From Priapulus caudatus (taxonomy: Eukaryota), in NCBI RefSeq assembly GCF_000485595.1, contig NW_014577091.1, positions 176,394-216,297 of the forward strand: a DNA stretch of 39,904 bases. The letters are read 5' to 3'. Shown here one piece after another: positions 12,967 to 25,000 of this stretch; position 1 is the stretch's first letter; every line of letters starts with the position of its first letter. A model generated the notes under the pieces. It was not told the origin of the DNA and did no database searches. It worked only from the letters and a program-made list of their open reading frames with translations. The translations under genes and the position numbers were made by a program.

Positions 12967-13377
12967 TTATCATTAACCTTACGACAGGCACTCAGTAATT
13001 CAGCTATCCTATTGCGAGTGATCAAAGATTACTACATGCAAACCAGCTTACAGCATACACTCTGTCTTTGTCTCTGCCTGAAATTCTGAGCCACACAAGC
13101 ACACTCAAACAACATCCAATGTCGCCAACGGTCGTCAGTTATCCTGCCTGACACTCAGAATCACTGCCAAAAGGTTTTGGTTAGAATCAGCTATCCTGTC
13201 CCACGTTCACGAAAAACTAAAGAAAGGTTCTGGTTAGAATCACTTATCCTGTCTCACGTTCACATACTCTACAGAAACGTACCGGTCATTCACGAACATA
13301 CTACTGCAATGTTCTGGTCAGAACCAGCTATCCTGTCCAATGTTAACAAACACACTACCGGAATGTTCGCACCGGAA

Positions 13378-13511
13378 TCAGCTATCCTGTCCAACGTTCA
13401 TGCACACTTTGCGGAAGGTTCCGGTCAGGATGTCAACGTCGCTGCTGCTCTGCCTCACCAGCGCCCTCTCCTGGCATCCCCCTACAAGGCCATACTTGGC
13501 ATCTTCCTGGT
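13378..13511 (-). other. Truncated duplicate of the 3' part of the CRAL-TRIO terminal exon, cut by the N gap
   Basis: Matches 19029-19162 (QEDAKYG...GTFRKVCMNVGQDS*). Confidence 0.8.
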
Positions 13512-13745
13512 NNNNNNNNNNTTTTACGGGAGCTATTTTTGAGTCTCATGAGAGCGATTTCGCTTTCAATTTCGTTTGAAGAGCGAATCACTCTCGTGAG
13601 GCTCAAAATAGCTCCCGTAAAATTTTTGACGAGAGCTATTTTCCCACAGACTTGAAAAAGAGCTCCCAGGCAAAAAAAGTCATTTTTCCCCTCGTTCACA
13701 CGCAATCTGTCGGTAACGTGAGACGGTGTTTGCTCTTGTCACCAG

Positions 13746-13900
13746 GTGTGTACGCGAGCCCATGGGCGGCCCACAGCGCGAGTCACGGCTCGCCCAAGTC
13801 AAAGCTGTGGAGCGTCGGCAACGAGCCGCTGCACACGCCGGCGCCCTACGCTGCCGACCGATCGTACAACAGGAGGTCGCCCTACCAGCCTGGCTCGTGA
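13746..13900 (+). other. NUP210: Duplicate copy of the NUP210 terminal coding exon (in the duplicated block)
   Basis: Same peptide as 8491-8645 with a synonymous CTT>CTG change and the same acceptor. Confidence 0.8.
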
Positions 13901-13935
13901 TAGCTGCCGTGACGTTGTGAGGAGAGCTGGTGTAC

Positions 13936-14257
13936 TGACAGCTGGCATGATATCAGGAGGTTGCCCTACCAGCCATCATTGTGACAGCTGGCATGATATC
14001 AGGAGGTTGCCCTACCAGCCATCATCGTGACAGCTGGCATGATATCAGGAGGTTGCCCTACCAGCTGTCATTGTGATAGTTGGCAAGATATCAGGAGGTT
14101 TCCCTACCAGCCATCATCGTGACAGCTGGCATGATATCAGGAGGTTTCCCTACCAGCCATCATCGTGACAGCTGGCATGATATCAGGAGGTTGCTCTACC
14201 AGCCATCATCGTGACAGCTGGCATGATATCAGGAGGTTGCCCTACCAGCCATCATAG
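13936..14257 (+). repeat. Same 46-bp minisatellite, 7 units (second copy of the duplicated block)
   Basis: Seven consecutive 46-bp units; the 5 extra units account for the 230-bp offset change between the copies. Confidence 0.9.
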
Positions 14258-17200
14258 TGACAGCTGGCGTGACGTTGTGAGGTGAGCTGACATACTGGTA
14301 GCTGGTGTGACATCTGTAGGTTGCCCTGTGAGCCAGCATCGTGCCAGCTCTCTTGTAATCCGGTGCAGAGCTTCTGCCCGCCATCTATCACGTCCCCCTG
14401 CTAGCTAGCATCGGGGGAGATGGTGCGTCAACTGGAGGTCGCCCTGTGAGAGGAGCCAGGCCTGTGATACGTGGTGTGTTTAGCATACAACAAGTGAGTG
14501 TGACGAGTCGTTGTTTGCGTGTGTACATAGTTCGTCTGTCGGTCTCGTGCCAATCGCTGTGAGCCCCCACGCTGTCGGTTCGTAACTAGAGGGGCATTGC
14601 GAGGGCAGCCGTGCTAAGAAGCGTCTGACGTTGAATAAATGCAAAGGCAATTTGTTTTTTTGCCGTGTTTCTCTTGCACTCTGTTCGCACCCGTTCTCAC
14701 GGGATCACGTTAGTTCCGCCCCACCTCCGCTGCGTGGTCGCGGTGGCTGCAGAGTAAATTAGGGAATTGCTTTGTTTGATAATTGGTCACACATGCGATG
14801 AAATCTGGTACTTCCTGGAAGCTGTTCCTACTTTAGGACCCCCTGTACGCACATGATGATGATGGAGTTAGAATTAGACATGTAGTGAGGGATAGGGTTA
14901 GGGAATAGGTGTTAGGATAATGGTGATGATGATGTATTTGCGGGTGTATCCTACAGTCTGATTGAGCCAACTTCCTGGATGTTTCCAACTGAGAATGATC
15001 ACTGTGATGTGTTTCGCACGCAGCGTCCTGTCTTGCTGTCTCAATGTACTGGTTGTATGTACGCACACGTAAATCTTAATTTAACCTAAATCGTAGTACG
15101 TTAAACTGCACTGCCAATCATACAAGTTAATACGATACGATACAATATGATACAGGTTATCATACGATGGGAAAATACAGTCATGTTATTGTTCTAAGTA
15201 TGGACATCCAAGTGTGTGTAAATGTGTTTTGTAGATATCATGGTTTTTCCTAATTCTTACTTTGGTTCAATAATTTATCACTGCTGCACAGTGTTGTCAT
15301 GATGGATGCAAATATGTGTAAGAAAATGACAGGTGCCACATAGCATGTAAATACAGAATATGAGATTGAACAAGAGTGGTTATACCCAACGTTCATTAGT
15401 CGTGTGTCATGTGCGTGCGTGCGTGCGTGCATGTATGTGAATGTGAAAGCACTAGCAAATATTAAGAGGGGCTGTTTCAGTTGTTGCTCCTGCCACATGG
15501 AGATCGTAAACTAGTCTGTTTTCAATTACGTGGATTTCGACCATCAGTTTACAGGGGGGCCCTGTTAGATTGGGTAAACACGAAAACAATATTTTCTCAA
15601 CATTGTCAAACACCAAATGATCGGTTGACTGATTCAACATGTTCTGTTAATTTAATGTAAGCTGATGTCTAAAAAACAAGCCTAGTAATTCTAGGCATCA
15701 GATAATATTACATGTGAGCTGTGAAATCCTTGTTTGTGATATAATTTTTGTATTCTATATATATACAAATTATTGCCAAGGGAATAAAAATGCCTTTTAT
15801 ATATATAATGGAGTTATGTATATTTTGTTCTTCTGTAAATATTTTGCAGTGCTAATTACCAGCCGTTTAGAATACTCATTGCTGTAATTTTACTTTCAAC
15901 TTTCAAAAAATCAAGTATGTATCACATTTGTCTGTGTGGATCCAAATGCAGAATGCATGGTATTCCCACCGAGTTTATTTTCCTTCAAATACTGCCAAGA
16001 GCCTATGCGTCATACGCTCTTCGTAATATCGATTGTCAGCGTCAATGCCATTTACGTACAGAAGACAGTATTTCATCTTTCGAATTTATTCATTGTTAAT
16101 GTCACGCGGTAAAGATTTGAAACGGAGACACTCGGCTGTTATACGAATAACTGCACTCTCGTGGCGAGGGACATCGCTACGATGGATTACAATCGCGATA
16201 ATCACACTTGCACAAGACGTATATTAACATGATACTACTCAATCATGAATGCGGGTACTTACTACATCAATCTTAGTACCCACCTACTCTTATGAAGACG
16301 TCGGTGACGGTTTCCTGGGGTGCAATGATTGCAACTTCAAAAAAACCGCAACAGTAAATTGTTTATACATTACATATACTTGTGACCAGATTTGGCACAC
16401 AAATTTATATATATGGTCTGCAATACGTGAATAATTTTGTATCCCTAACAATAAGCCATCTAACGTCAACAGATAATTATTATGCTAAGTCTAACTGTAT
16501 TTGTAGACATATTTCAAAGTAATATAAAATATGATCTCTGTAAACAAAATGTACTTCATGTGAGTTATATAACTTTATACAATTGGACTTTTCACGTTTG
16601 ACAACAATAAATATATATTTTATTACAAGAATTCAAACAGCAATATATTGCTATCACATTTAAACATCATACATATAAAAATATCAATTTAATTCATCCA
16701 CAGAATATCATTTATAACTTAATATAATTAAATTTTCTATATGTAAATAACGAAGTAATTTCACACAAGGCTTGTGCCAATATAAAGTCTAATAATATTA
16801 ATAATGAGGGAAGCAAGTTACTGGTTATCCCTCAGTTATAGTAATTGTGTATTCACTGAATGGTTGCATGTGATTACTTGGCTATACCCTGAACACATAG
16901 CAAGTGAGAGAGACAGACGGGAGGGTGTAGAGTATATATAATTATATATACCTATGAGAGGGGGAGAGAGGGAGAGTGAGAATGAGAGTGAGAGTGAGAG
17001 AGAGGGGGAGAGAAAGCGAGAATGAACACCGTTCTATGCGTTTTCATCTTTTGAACTGCTGATCGATTCGAATAACCATGCAGATTAACACACACCGCTT
17101 TCCAGAAGTCCGGTACATAAGAAAGCCTGCACGTGTAGGGGTATATAGGTATCCACACGAATCCATACGTATATATACGTATGGATATCTATACGGATAT

Positions 17201-18618
17201 ATACGCACAAAGGGTCGTTGTCGTATCAGGTACTACATATATGTACCCGAGGTAGTTTTAGGTTGTTTAGTATTATGTTTATATTTTTTATATGAGGTAT
17301 GATTAGGGTTAGGGTTAGGGTACACTTCTGTAGTACAAGTCTGGTACACTTTGTGTATACATATATGTACCTCGCCTACCTCGGGTACATATATGTAGTA
17401 CCTGATATGACAACGACCCCTTCAGCGATATATATACGTACGTAATATATACGTATCCATACGTATATATACGAATCCATTAATCATCCTCACTGCACTC
17501 ACAGATGCTCAGCTACTGAGTAGTTTTGGCGTTACACTGTACCTATGCTAGCAATCTCTGCTCTTGAGATGTGGGGAGTTGCCGTCTACTATGACACGTA
17601 CTAGGTGCTTATCAAAAGCCAGAATGTGTTCAACACCGCTTCGAGGCTTCTCACCATGGTAGTAGGGAGATGTCATCCAGCTCACCGGCTGCCAGTATGA
17701 GCCTGCATGTGTTTCACACAACGTATAGGTTTGTCACCGCGGTAGTGCACAGATGTCAAAAATCGTCACCTCGGTCAGCCTCAGTCTTGCGCAGGTATCG
17801 AGGAGTGCACACGTTGCGAGCTATTCACCGATATCTCGCAGGCCAAATCGTTATGCTCAATTACAGCTGTAGTGCGATGAAGGCTTATCGATGCTTCGGC
17901 GTGCATCCTTGTAAATACCTTCACGAAATCTCCTTCTGACGTATTGACCTCATGCAATCCCTTTTCAAAACAGAGACACATACGTTTAGCTAACTGCATG
18001 TAGCACGCACGCATTATGCCAGCGCGAAGATCCAGGCTTGCCACTCCACTCCTTGTCAATGCCATGATGATCGCGTCGTGCACTCTGATACGATCAATAC
18101 GCATATATTTTGGCCCAGTCACATGCACCTCTGAGAGTCTACGCTTGCGTGCGCACAGCAACTTTGCCAATAGACTAGAACACAACAAAAACAGAAACGC
18201 GAGACGGGCACCTAACTTGAAAACCCCAAAGGGATTCTCATGGGCGGACTTGGCCAGTTGATAATATCTCATCAAAAGCCACGATTTCTCATCCAAGGGT
18301 GCAGCGAAAATGCCTGCTGTCTCTCGTGTGCACACGTATATCCCGCAGGCCAATCCATCCTCAACTTTGCATTGTGAAATTCTGAGTCACTGAAGAGTAA
18401 TTTATCATTAACCTTACGACAGGCACTCAGTAATTCAGCTATCCTATTGCGAGTGATCAAAGATTACTACATGCAAACCAGCTTACAGCATACACTCTGT
18501 CTTTGTCTCTGCCTGAAATTCTGAGCCACACAAGCACACTCAAACAACATCCAATGTCGCCAACGGTCGTCAGTTATCCTGCCTGACATTCAGAATCACT
18601 GCCAAAAGGTTTTGGTTA

Positions 18619-19078
18619 GAATCAGCTATCCTGTCCCACGTTCACGAAAAACTAAAGAAAGGTTCTGGTTAGAATCACTTATCTTGTCTCATGTTCACAT
18701 ACTCTACAGAAACGTACCGGTCATTCATGAACATACTACTGCAATGTTCTGGTCAGAACCAGCTATCCTGTCCAACGTTAACAAACACACTACCGGAATG
18801 GTCCCATCGGAATCAGCTATTCTGTCCAACATTCATGCACACTCTGCGGAAGGTTCCGGCAACGGAACCAGATATCCTGTCCAATGTTAATGAACACACT
18901 ACCGGAATGTTCCCACCAGAATCAGCTATCCTGTCCAACGTTCATGCACACTCTGCGGAAGGTTCTGGTCAGAACCAGCTATCCTGTCCAATGTTAACAA
19001 ACACACTACCGGAATGTTCGCACCGGAATCAGCTATCCTGTCCAACGTTCATGCACACTTTGCGGAAGGTTCCGGTCA
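18619..19078 (-). repeat. 53-55 bp minisatellite with alternating A/B units overlapping the CRAL-TRIO stop codon and 3'UTR (shorter allele at about 13184-13427)
   Basis: Plus-strand units gaatcagctatcctgtccaacgttcatgcacact.tgcggaaggtt and gaaccagctatcctgtccaa.gttaa..aacacactaccggaatg alternate; 3 dimers here vs 1 in the other copy. Confidence 0.88.
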
Positions 19079-22000
19079 GGATGTCAACGTCGCTGCTGCT
19101 CTGCCTCACCAGCGCCCTCTCCTGGCATCCCCCTACAAGGCCATACTTGGCATCTTCCTGGTATTCCCGTTCGGAGGCAAGGATGACCTCGAGAAAGTCG
19201 TCGTTGCAGAACGGCGGCTGGTGACCGCCGAACTCTGCGGGCAGGATGTCGGGTGATATGAACTCGTGAAGTGCACTCAGGTTGTTGCCGTGGAAGTGTA
19301 GCTGTGGAATGCAGACGGACGTTAGCGTGCGAGTGGCCGGTTTGCCGAGGTTTTCAGCATAGCTTAATAAATTCGCGATCGTGGTTACGTGAATTATCAT
19401 CGAGTTAATATAATTTTGGAATTAGGCCTTTATATTCATAATGAATAGTTTACGTAAGCAATTCAATATTTAAAAGGATACTAGACTAGGATTTTACTGC
19501 ATACAACTGTACTTACTGTATAACAAATCGTCTATACCCACACGTACTTGCTACCAGATACCTAATTTAATTGTTATAATTAATTATACATCAACGCTAC
19601 GAAATTTGAACGGCACCATTGACACCCGCGATCGTGCTGCCACCCTGAAAAAGTTGCGCATTTCCCAATATATTTTGCACGTTACAGACCGAGGGCTAAT
19701 CACAAAGGTGCAATTATATTTATACCTAAATGCTATTTAACCGAACAATGTTCATTTTAGGACAAATTTATCCATAATATAACTGAAACTATATATGTCG
19801 TTTTATATAAGATATTACAATCCCTTTGCTTTTAAATTAATAAATAAGAAACACCCTCGGTCTGTAGCCCTTGGCTGAAAATTCGTTTTGCGCAACTTTT
19901 CAGATCGTGCGCTTTGAGTGGCGCCACCGTCGTTGTAATCAAACTGTAGTCGTTAGTTTTAAAACAATAAAAAAAAAATTTCTAATAGTGATTGAACCAT
20001 GAAACTTTTTATGTAGCATAATTTTAACCTAAATTAACAGAAAATAACACTAGAACCTAGAGTAAAGGATCCCTTTAAATGAAATTCCTTTCCTTCTACA
20101 ATAAGAAAGTCATCCTGACACTGTTAACACTGTAATATCCTCATCGTATATATCACGTAAGAGTGCAAGTTTGTAATTCATCGCGGGTTAAATTTAGTGT
20201 GTAAGAAATGTTATATTTTATTACTGGTGCATGCCTTTTATAGCTCAGATAACTGGACGAACACATCCCGAAACTGCAATACAGCTACAGTAGCGAACAA
20301 CGGTTTGTGAAATTGATACTTTTACAAGTTTGTTGAGCTATACATTTTCTGTAAACATCATAGCGTGTTAGAATTCTATGAAATTCAGTGACATGACATT
20401 GTAATAACCAACAGAACACTAGGATTCATTGTAATCTACAGAAATCAAATGAATATAGGTATAACAATTGCAAATGTTTGATCCATCCTGCTAAATGCTT
20501 ACCCTATCTAGTATCTTTTGCTTCAGAAAAGGCTTGATGACTGCAAAAAGCACCCCAAATATCATCGGCTCTCTCAGGTAGTGTATGCCCTTAAACCTTG
20601 CCGGGAAGCAGTCCTGTGGGCAGAGAATAAATCCTTTATTGCCACAAAGTTCGGCCATATAAGCTGGACAGTGAATTGACACTTTCTTCATAGAAGGCAG
20701 CATAATGATCTTCTGTAGGTGTTCCATCATAGGTGAGAGATTGTAAGGATTAGTTTGACCAATACTAATCAACAAGTTTATACTTGCAAGAACCTGGAAA
20801 ACCTCAACAAGTCTACCCAGTCTGGCAGGGTTTTGCATAATTCTATCTAAATAACTCAATAACTGGGGAGCACCTGCTGCAAACTTGCTCAAGTGGAGGG
20901 AGGCTCAGGGAGCGATTTGTGCAATGTCATGCACGATTTCCCACCACAAGAAGAAAAGCAATATTGATCTACTGAGGTAAAAAGAACCAATTCGGCATGC
21001 AATATTGATTGCACATGATGTGGCCTGGTTAGGAACTGTCATGTTTTTCGTGTAGAAAAGGAGAATTAGTGACTGTGAATGCGTAAAATGTAACAAGAAT
21101 AAAAACCCAATATTGCATCCTGTTATTGAATATAGCCTACACGGGGTGTGGCATAAACAATAGATCCAAACTTTCTCAGACATGAATGCCTAATATATTA
21201 CGCATTAGCTATTAACTGGAGATCCTTTTACCTGGATTGAATGCATGTACAAGTAAATTCACGCATGAATGGTTTAATTAATTAGTGACTGTGTATGCTG
21301 CTACTTCTGTAAGAGCTGCGAACATTTTCCAGCATGAATGGCTAACAATAACACGCACTGATCATCGACTCTCGACGCCGATTACCTGGATAAGAGCGGT
21401 GAACTTCTTCAGGTAGGAGGGTCCGATCTGGCGCACGTGGTTCAGGTTGATGGACTGGAAGTCGATGATGGCGACGATGCCGTTGATCTGCGTCTCCTCC
21501 TCCTGCACTAGTTTCTCGAGCATCAGCACGCTGCAGCGGAACACGTCGTTGATGTGATGCTTCTCCACGTCCCACTGACCTGTGCAGGTGAGCGAGAGCG
21601 TGCGGCACGCATCATTAGCAGCCTAGACAGCGAGAAGGAGGGCACAGACGGGGCGGTTAGTGGGGCAGGGGTGATGTCGCGAGGAGCGCGGCGGTTCGTG
21701 CGGAGGGGCGGTCCGCCGAGGAGGGCCCGGTTCGTTGGGGAGGTGGGTCTGCCCCCGAAAGAGGGGGGTTCGGTGCGGGAGGGGCGCCGTTCGTAAAGGA
21801 GGGGTGCGTTCGTGGAGAAGAGCGGGACGTGCGTGGGCGGAGGGGCAGTTCGTGTGGCGAGGAAGGGGGCCTTTATCTTCGACTTGTTTGTGGCCATGAT
21901 CGCATGGGGTTGTTCATTTAGCCTTTCTCTCTCTTGCTCTAGCCCTCTCTCTATCTCTCTCAACTCTCTCTCTTCTCTCTTTTCTTACTCTTTCACTGCA

Positions 22001-25000
22001 CTCTCACACTTCCACACCTCTCGTTTCTGTGTCATTTTCTTTTCTGCTCGATGTATAACAGCTCGATTTATTCTGCGATCAGCATAAACCAGAGCAGGCC
22101 CCACCAGTAATGCAGCTATTGTTTCATTGAAAAAAAGCCAGGATCATTCATCTTCCCTCATTCCATGATCACTCTGAGGTTATTTTCATCATCTTGCTTA
22201 GTGGTGTAGGTTTTAATCACTTGCAGTTCATGCGATTCTCTTTCATTGCTCTACACCTACCTTTCTCATCCTTAAATACCTTTTTTTCTCCGTTGTTGTC
22301 TCCACTCTCTCACCGTTCTCATTGCTCTCTCTCTCTCTTCTACTCCCCCCCTCCCTCTCTCTCTATCTATCTATCTATCTATCTTTCCTCTCTCTCTTTC
22401 TCTCTCTCTCTCTTTCACTCTGTTTCACTTTCTCTCTCTCTCAATACATCACAATTGGATGGATTTAGAAAATGCTATTTCTGCAGTTATTTTGCTTTCA
22501 CACGATAATAGCAAGATGATAGTATTGATTATACGGCTAGATAGTCTGGATGCTAATACCTCGTATTAGCGCGTACTGACAGCCACGCGATCCTCACTTT
22601 ACCTGCTTCACATGACACAACCTTTCTCACAGCACAACGCATGTACATTCTAATGTACGGTGAAACCTACAGCAAATAGGGCAGCCCCTCTTATTAATTA
22701 CATCGCATAACACTAGTTGAAGACAATAAGCACCAACCTGGCCTGAAGACAAAGATGCGACATCCTTGCTCAGTCCTGTGAGGAAGAATTCCCTGTATAT
22801 CTCTCTCCAGTAACCCGCGCACGGCGGAAGGTAGGAGGTTGGCATAGATATCGGGGTTCTGCGCTCGTAAACTGTAGTAGTTCAACTGTAGACGATTAAA
22901 ATAACACGATAAAAATAAACAACAAACGTGCAAAAATAGACGCGTGAATCAGCAAAATAATTCCTTACAAAATAATCGCGTATATTCTCGCATGCAATGT
23001 CGTCTAATCAACGTCACACGTAAGTACGAGATGTGGTTCACATCTAATTACTTTCCTGCCGAACAACAAATCGCGAAAGATCCGCGCACTAATCTTGCAG
23101 CTTCACAGCCATTATGTCGCCATACCGCACACTAATTACCACCTGCACAAGGTGCGCCCATGAACAGCGAAAACATCGAAAATATTGCGACGCGCGGCTA
23201 TATTGACCCTGCAGACGCAGATTCCCCAAATTCCGTAAGCCTATAGACTGCCACCGAGCCCACACGCGTAGACTATCACCAATCTCGCATTCGTAGGCTG
23301 CTACCGTTCATGCACTCCTAGACTGCCGACGATCGTGAGTGTCTAGACAAGTCGCCGAACCCTCGCGCCACACTCACCAGCAGCTGGAACGCTCTGTCGT
23401 AGTCGTACTTTCTCGCACGCAGGAAGCGCAGCAGGAAGGAGTCGTCGATGCGAAAGTTGAGGTCAGGTCGTGCTAGCACCATGTCTCGCAGGGCCTGGAT
23501 GTCGCGTGTCCGCCACTCCGGCTTTTCCTGCGGCACACGATTGTAAAGCGCTTGGGTCACTATACATAGATTGTGAAATGCCATTCACTACTGGTTATTA
23601 CCTACAGAATACAGTTCGCTACAAATGACAGCATAAGCACGAACGTGAGCCAGCTGGCTGAATGAACCAGGTGGCGTAACATCCAAGGGGAGTATCATGG
23701 CTGCCCACCAAGATTATGGGGAAATTACAAAAACCTAATAATGCAACAAAAACAACAACAAAAGAACATAATTATTATGCTAATAAAATGTGATTTATCG
23801 AAAACCATTAAAATCAGTACTTGATCATGATTACTCATGGAGTTAGGTGCCCCCAAGGAATTTGCTCGAGCTACCATCCTGGTGGCCATCGTTAGAAAGA
23901 TCATACGCCTATAGTTATGACTATCATAACTCCAAAATGCCATAACTTTATACTATCTATCTGACAATGGCCCCCTGAGTCATAAAGCACCTAGTACATT
24001 AGTGATTTCGAACATTTTCTCACAGACTGATCTGTTGACTAGAACTACCATGATATACTAGTACCAAAAAATGATTAGAAGATCATGATAATTACAGACT
24101 GTGATATCGTTTTGCTAGCACACGACTCTATAACAAGAGTGCGGTACACCTGTCTTAATATTTTAGCTTTCAAATAAACCCTATAGGATATTAACATGCC
24201 ACATACATGTGCTGGCATATTGTACGTGTAACTACATCTATGTAGAGGTATGTTTGATACTCTGAATTTGATTGTACTGTGCAATTACAGTATGTTAGTT
24301 TATTACACATATTACATACTATCTAGAAGTCATTTGAAGGAGCGAGCTATAACTGCCTTGTTGTCATTATCAATATAATAGCCTTTCACATTCATTCTGC
24401 TTCTAAATGAGCTCCGTCCACACTGTACTGACAGGCAAGATGATGACTCATAGCATGCGCAAGCAGGACGCATAGATATATATATAGATGTAACCATAGA
24501 TATATATATATACAACTATCTCTATATATCTATGTTGTATATATCTATGTTGTATATATCTATGTTGTATATATCTATGTTGTATATATCTATGGTGTAA
24601 CGTATCTTACCATGAATTCCCATGCTCATCTATGCACGTGATTTTACCACGAATCCCGCGCCCTCACCTGCTTCAAAATGTCTAACATAATACATCCACC
24701 CTCACCTCTGCAACACATCAACCATGGATCCCACATGCTCACCTGCACCGACACATCTCACATAAAACCTCCACCCTCACCTGTGCAATCCATCTACCGT
24801 AAATCCACCGACCTCACCTATGTGATAAATCTTCCATGGACCCCCACACCCTCACTTTTGCAACACATTTACGATGAATCCCTCATCCCACATCATGAAA
24901 CCTCCACCCTCACCTGTGCAATCCATCTACCGTAAATCCACCGACCTCACCTATGTGATAAATCTTCCATGGACCCCCACACCCTCACCTTTGCAACACA

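Larger units (their letters stand above)
8267..19162. repeat. Tandem near-identical duplication (8267-13511 and 13522-19162) separated by a 10-N gap; probable allelic haplotypes assembled in tandem
   Basis: Sequence after the gap restarts at the equivalent of 8267, and sequence before the gap equals that ending at 19162. The copies differ by scattered SNPs, small indels and VNTR lengths. Confidence 0.92.

Noticed and set aside
13936..14257. Regular repeat array resembling CRISPR
   Set aside because: Units are contiguous with no unique spacers; eukaryotic context with no cas genes.
17781..18353. 190-aa minus-strand ORF (and 143-aa counterpart at 12504-12935)
   Set aside because: Frame-changing indels differ between the two copies, there is no recognisable domain, and it lies in the probable CRAL-TRIO 3'UTR.
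18612..19256. Repetitive plus-strand ORFs
   Set aside because: Antisense translations of the 53-55 bp minisatellite and the terminal exon.
20614..21185. Coding-looking sequence in CRAL-TRIO intron 5 (in-frame upstream extension of ORF 20491-20892)
   Set aside because: Only 20613-20503 fits the Sec14 domain; I could not assign the rest to a transposase or an exon.
23669..23882. Possible caggtggcgtaac...gctaccatcctg MITE remnant
   Set aside because: Termini too degenerate and no TSD.
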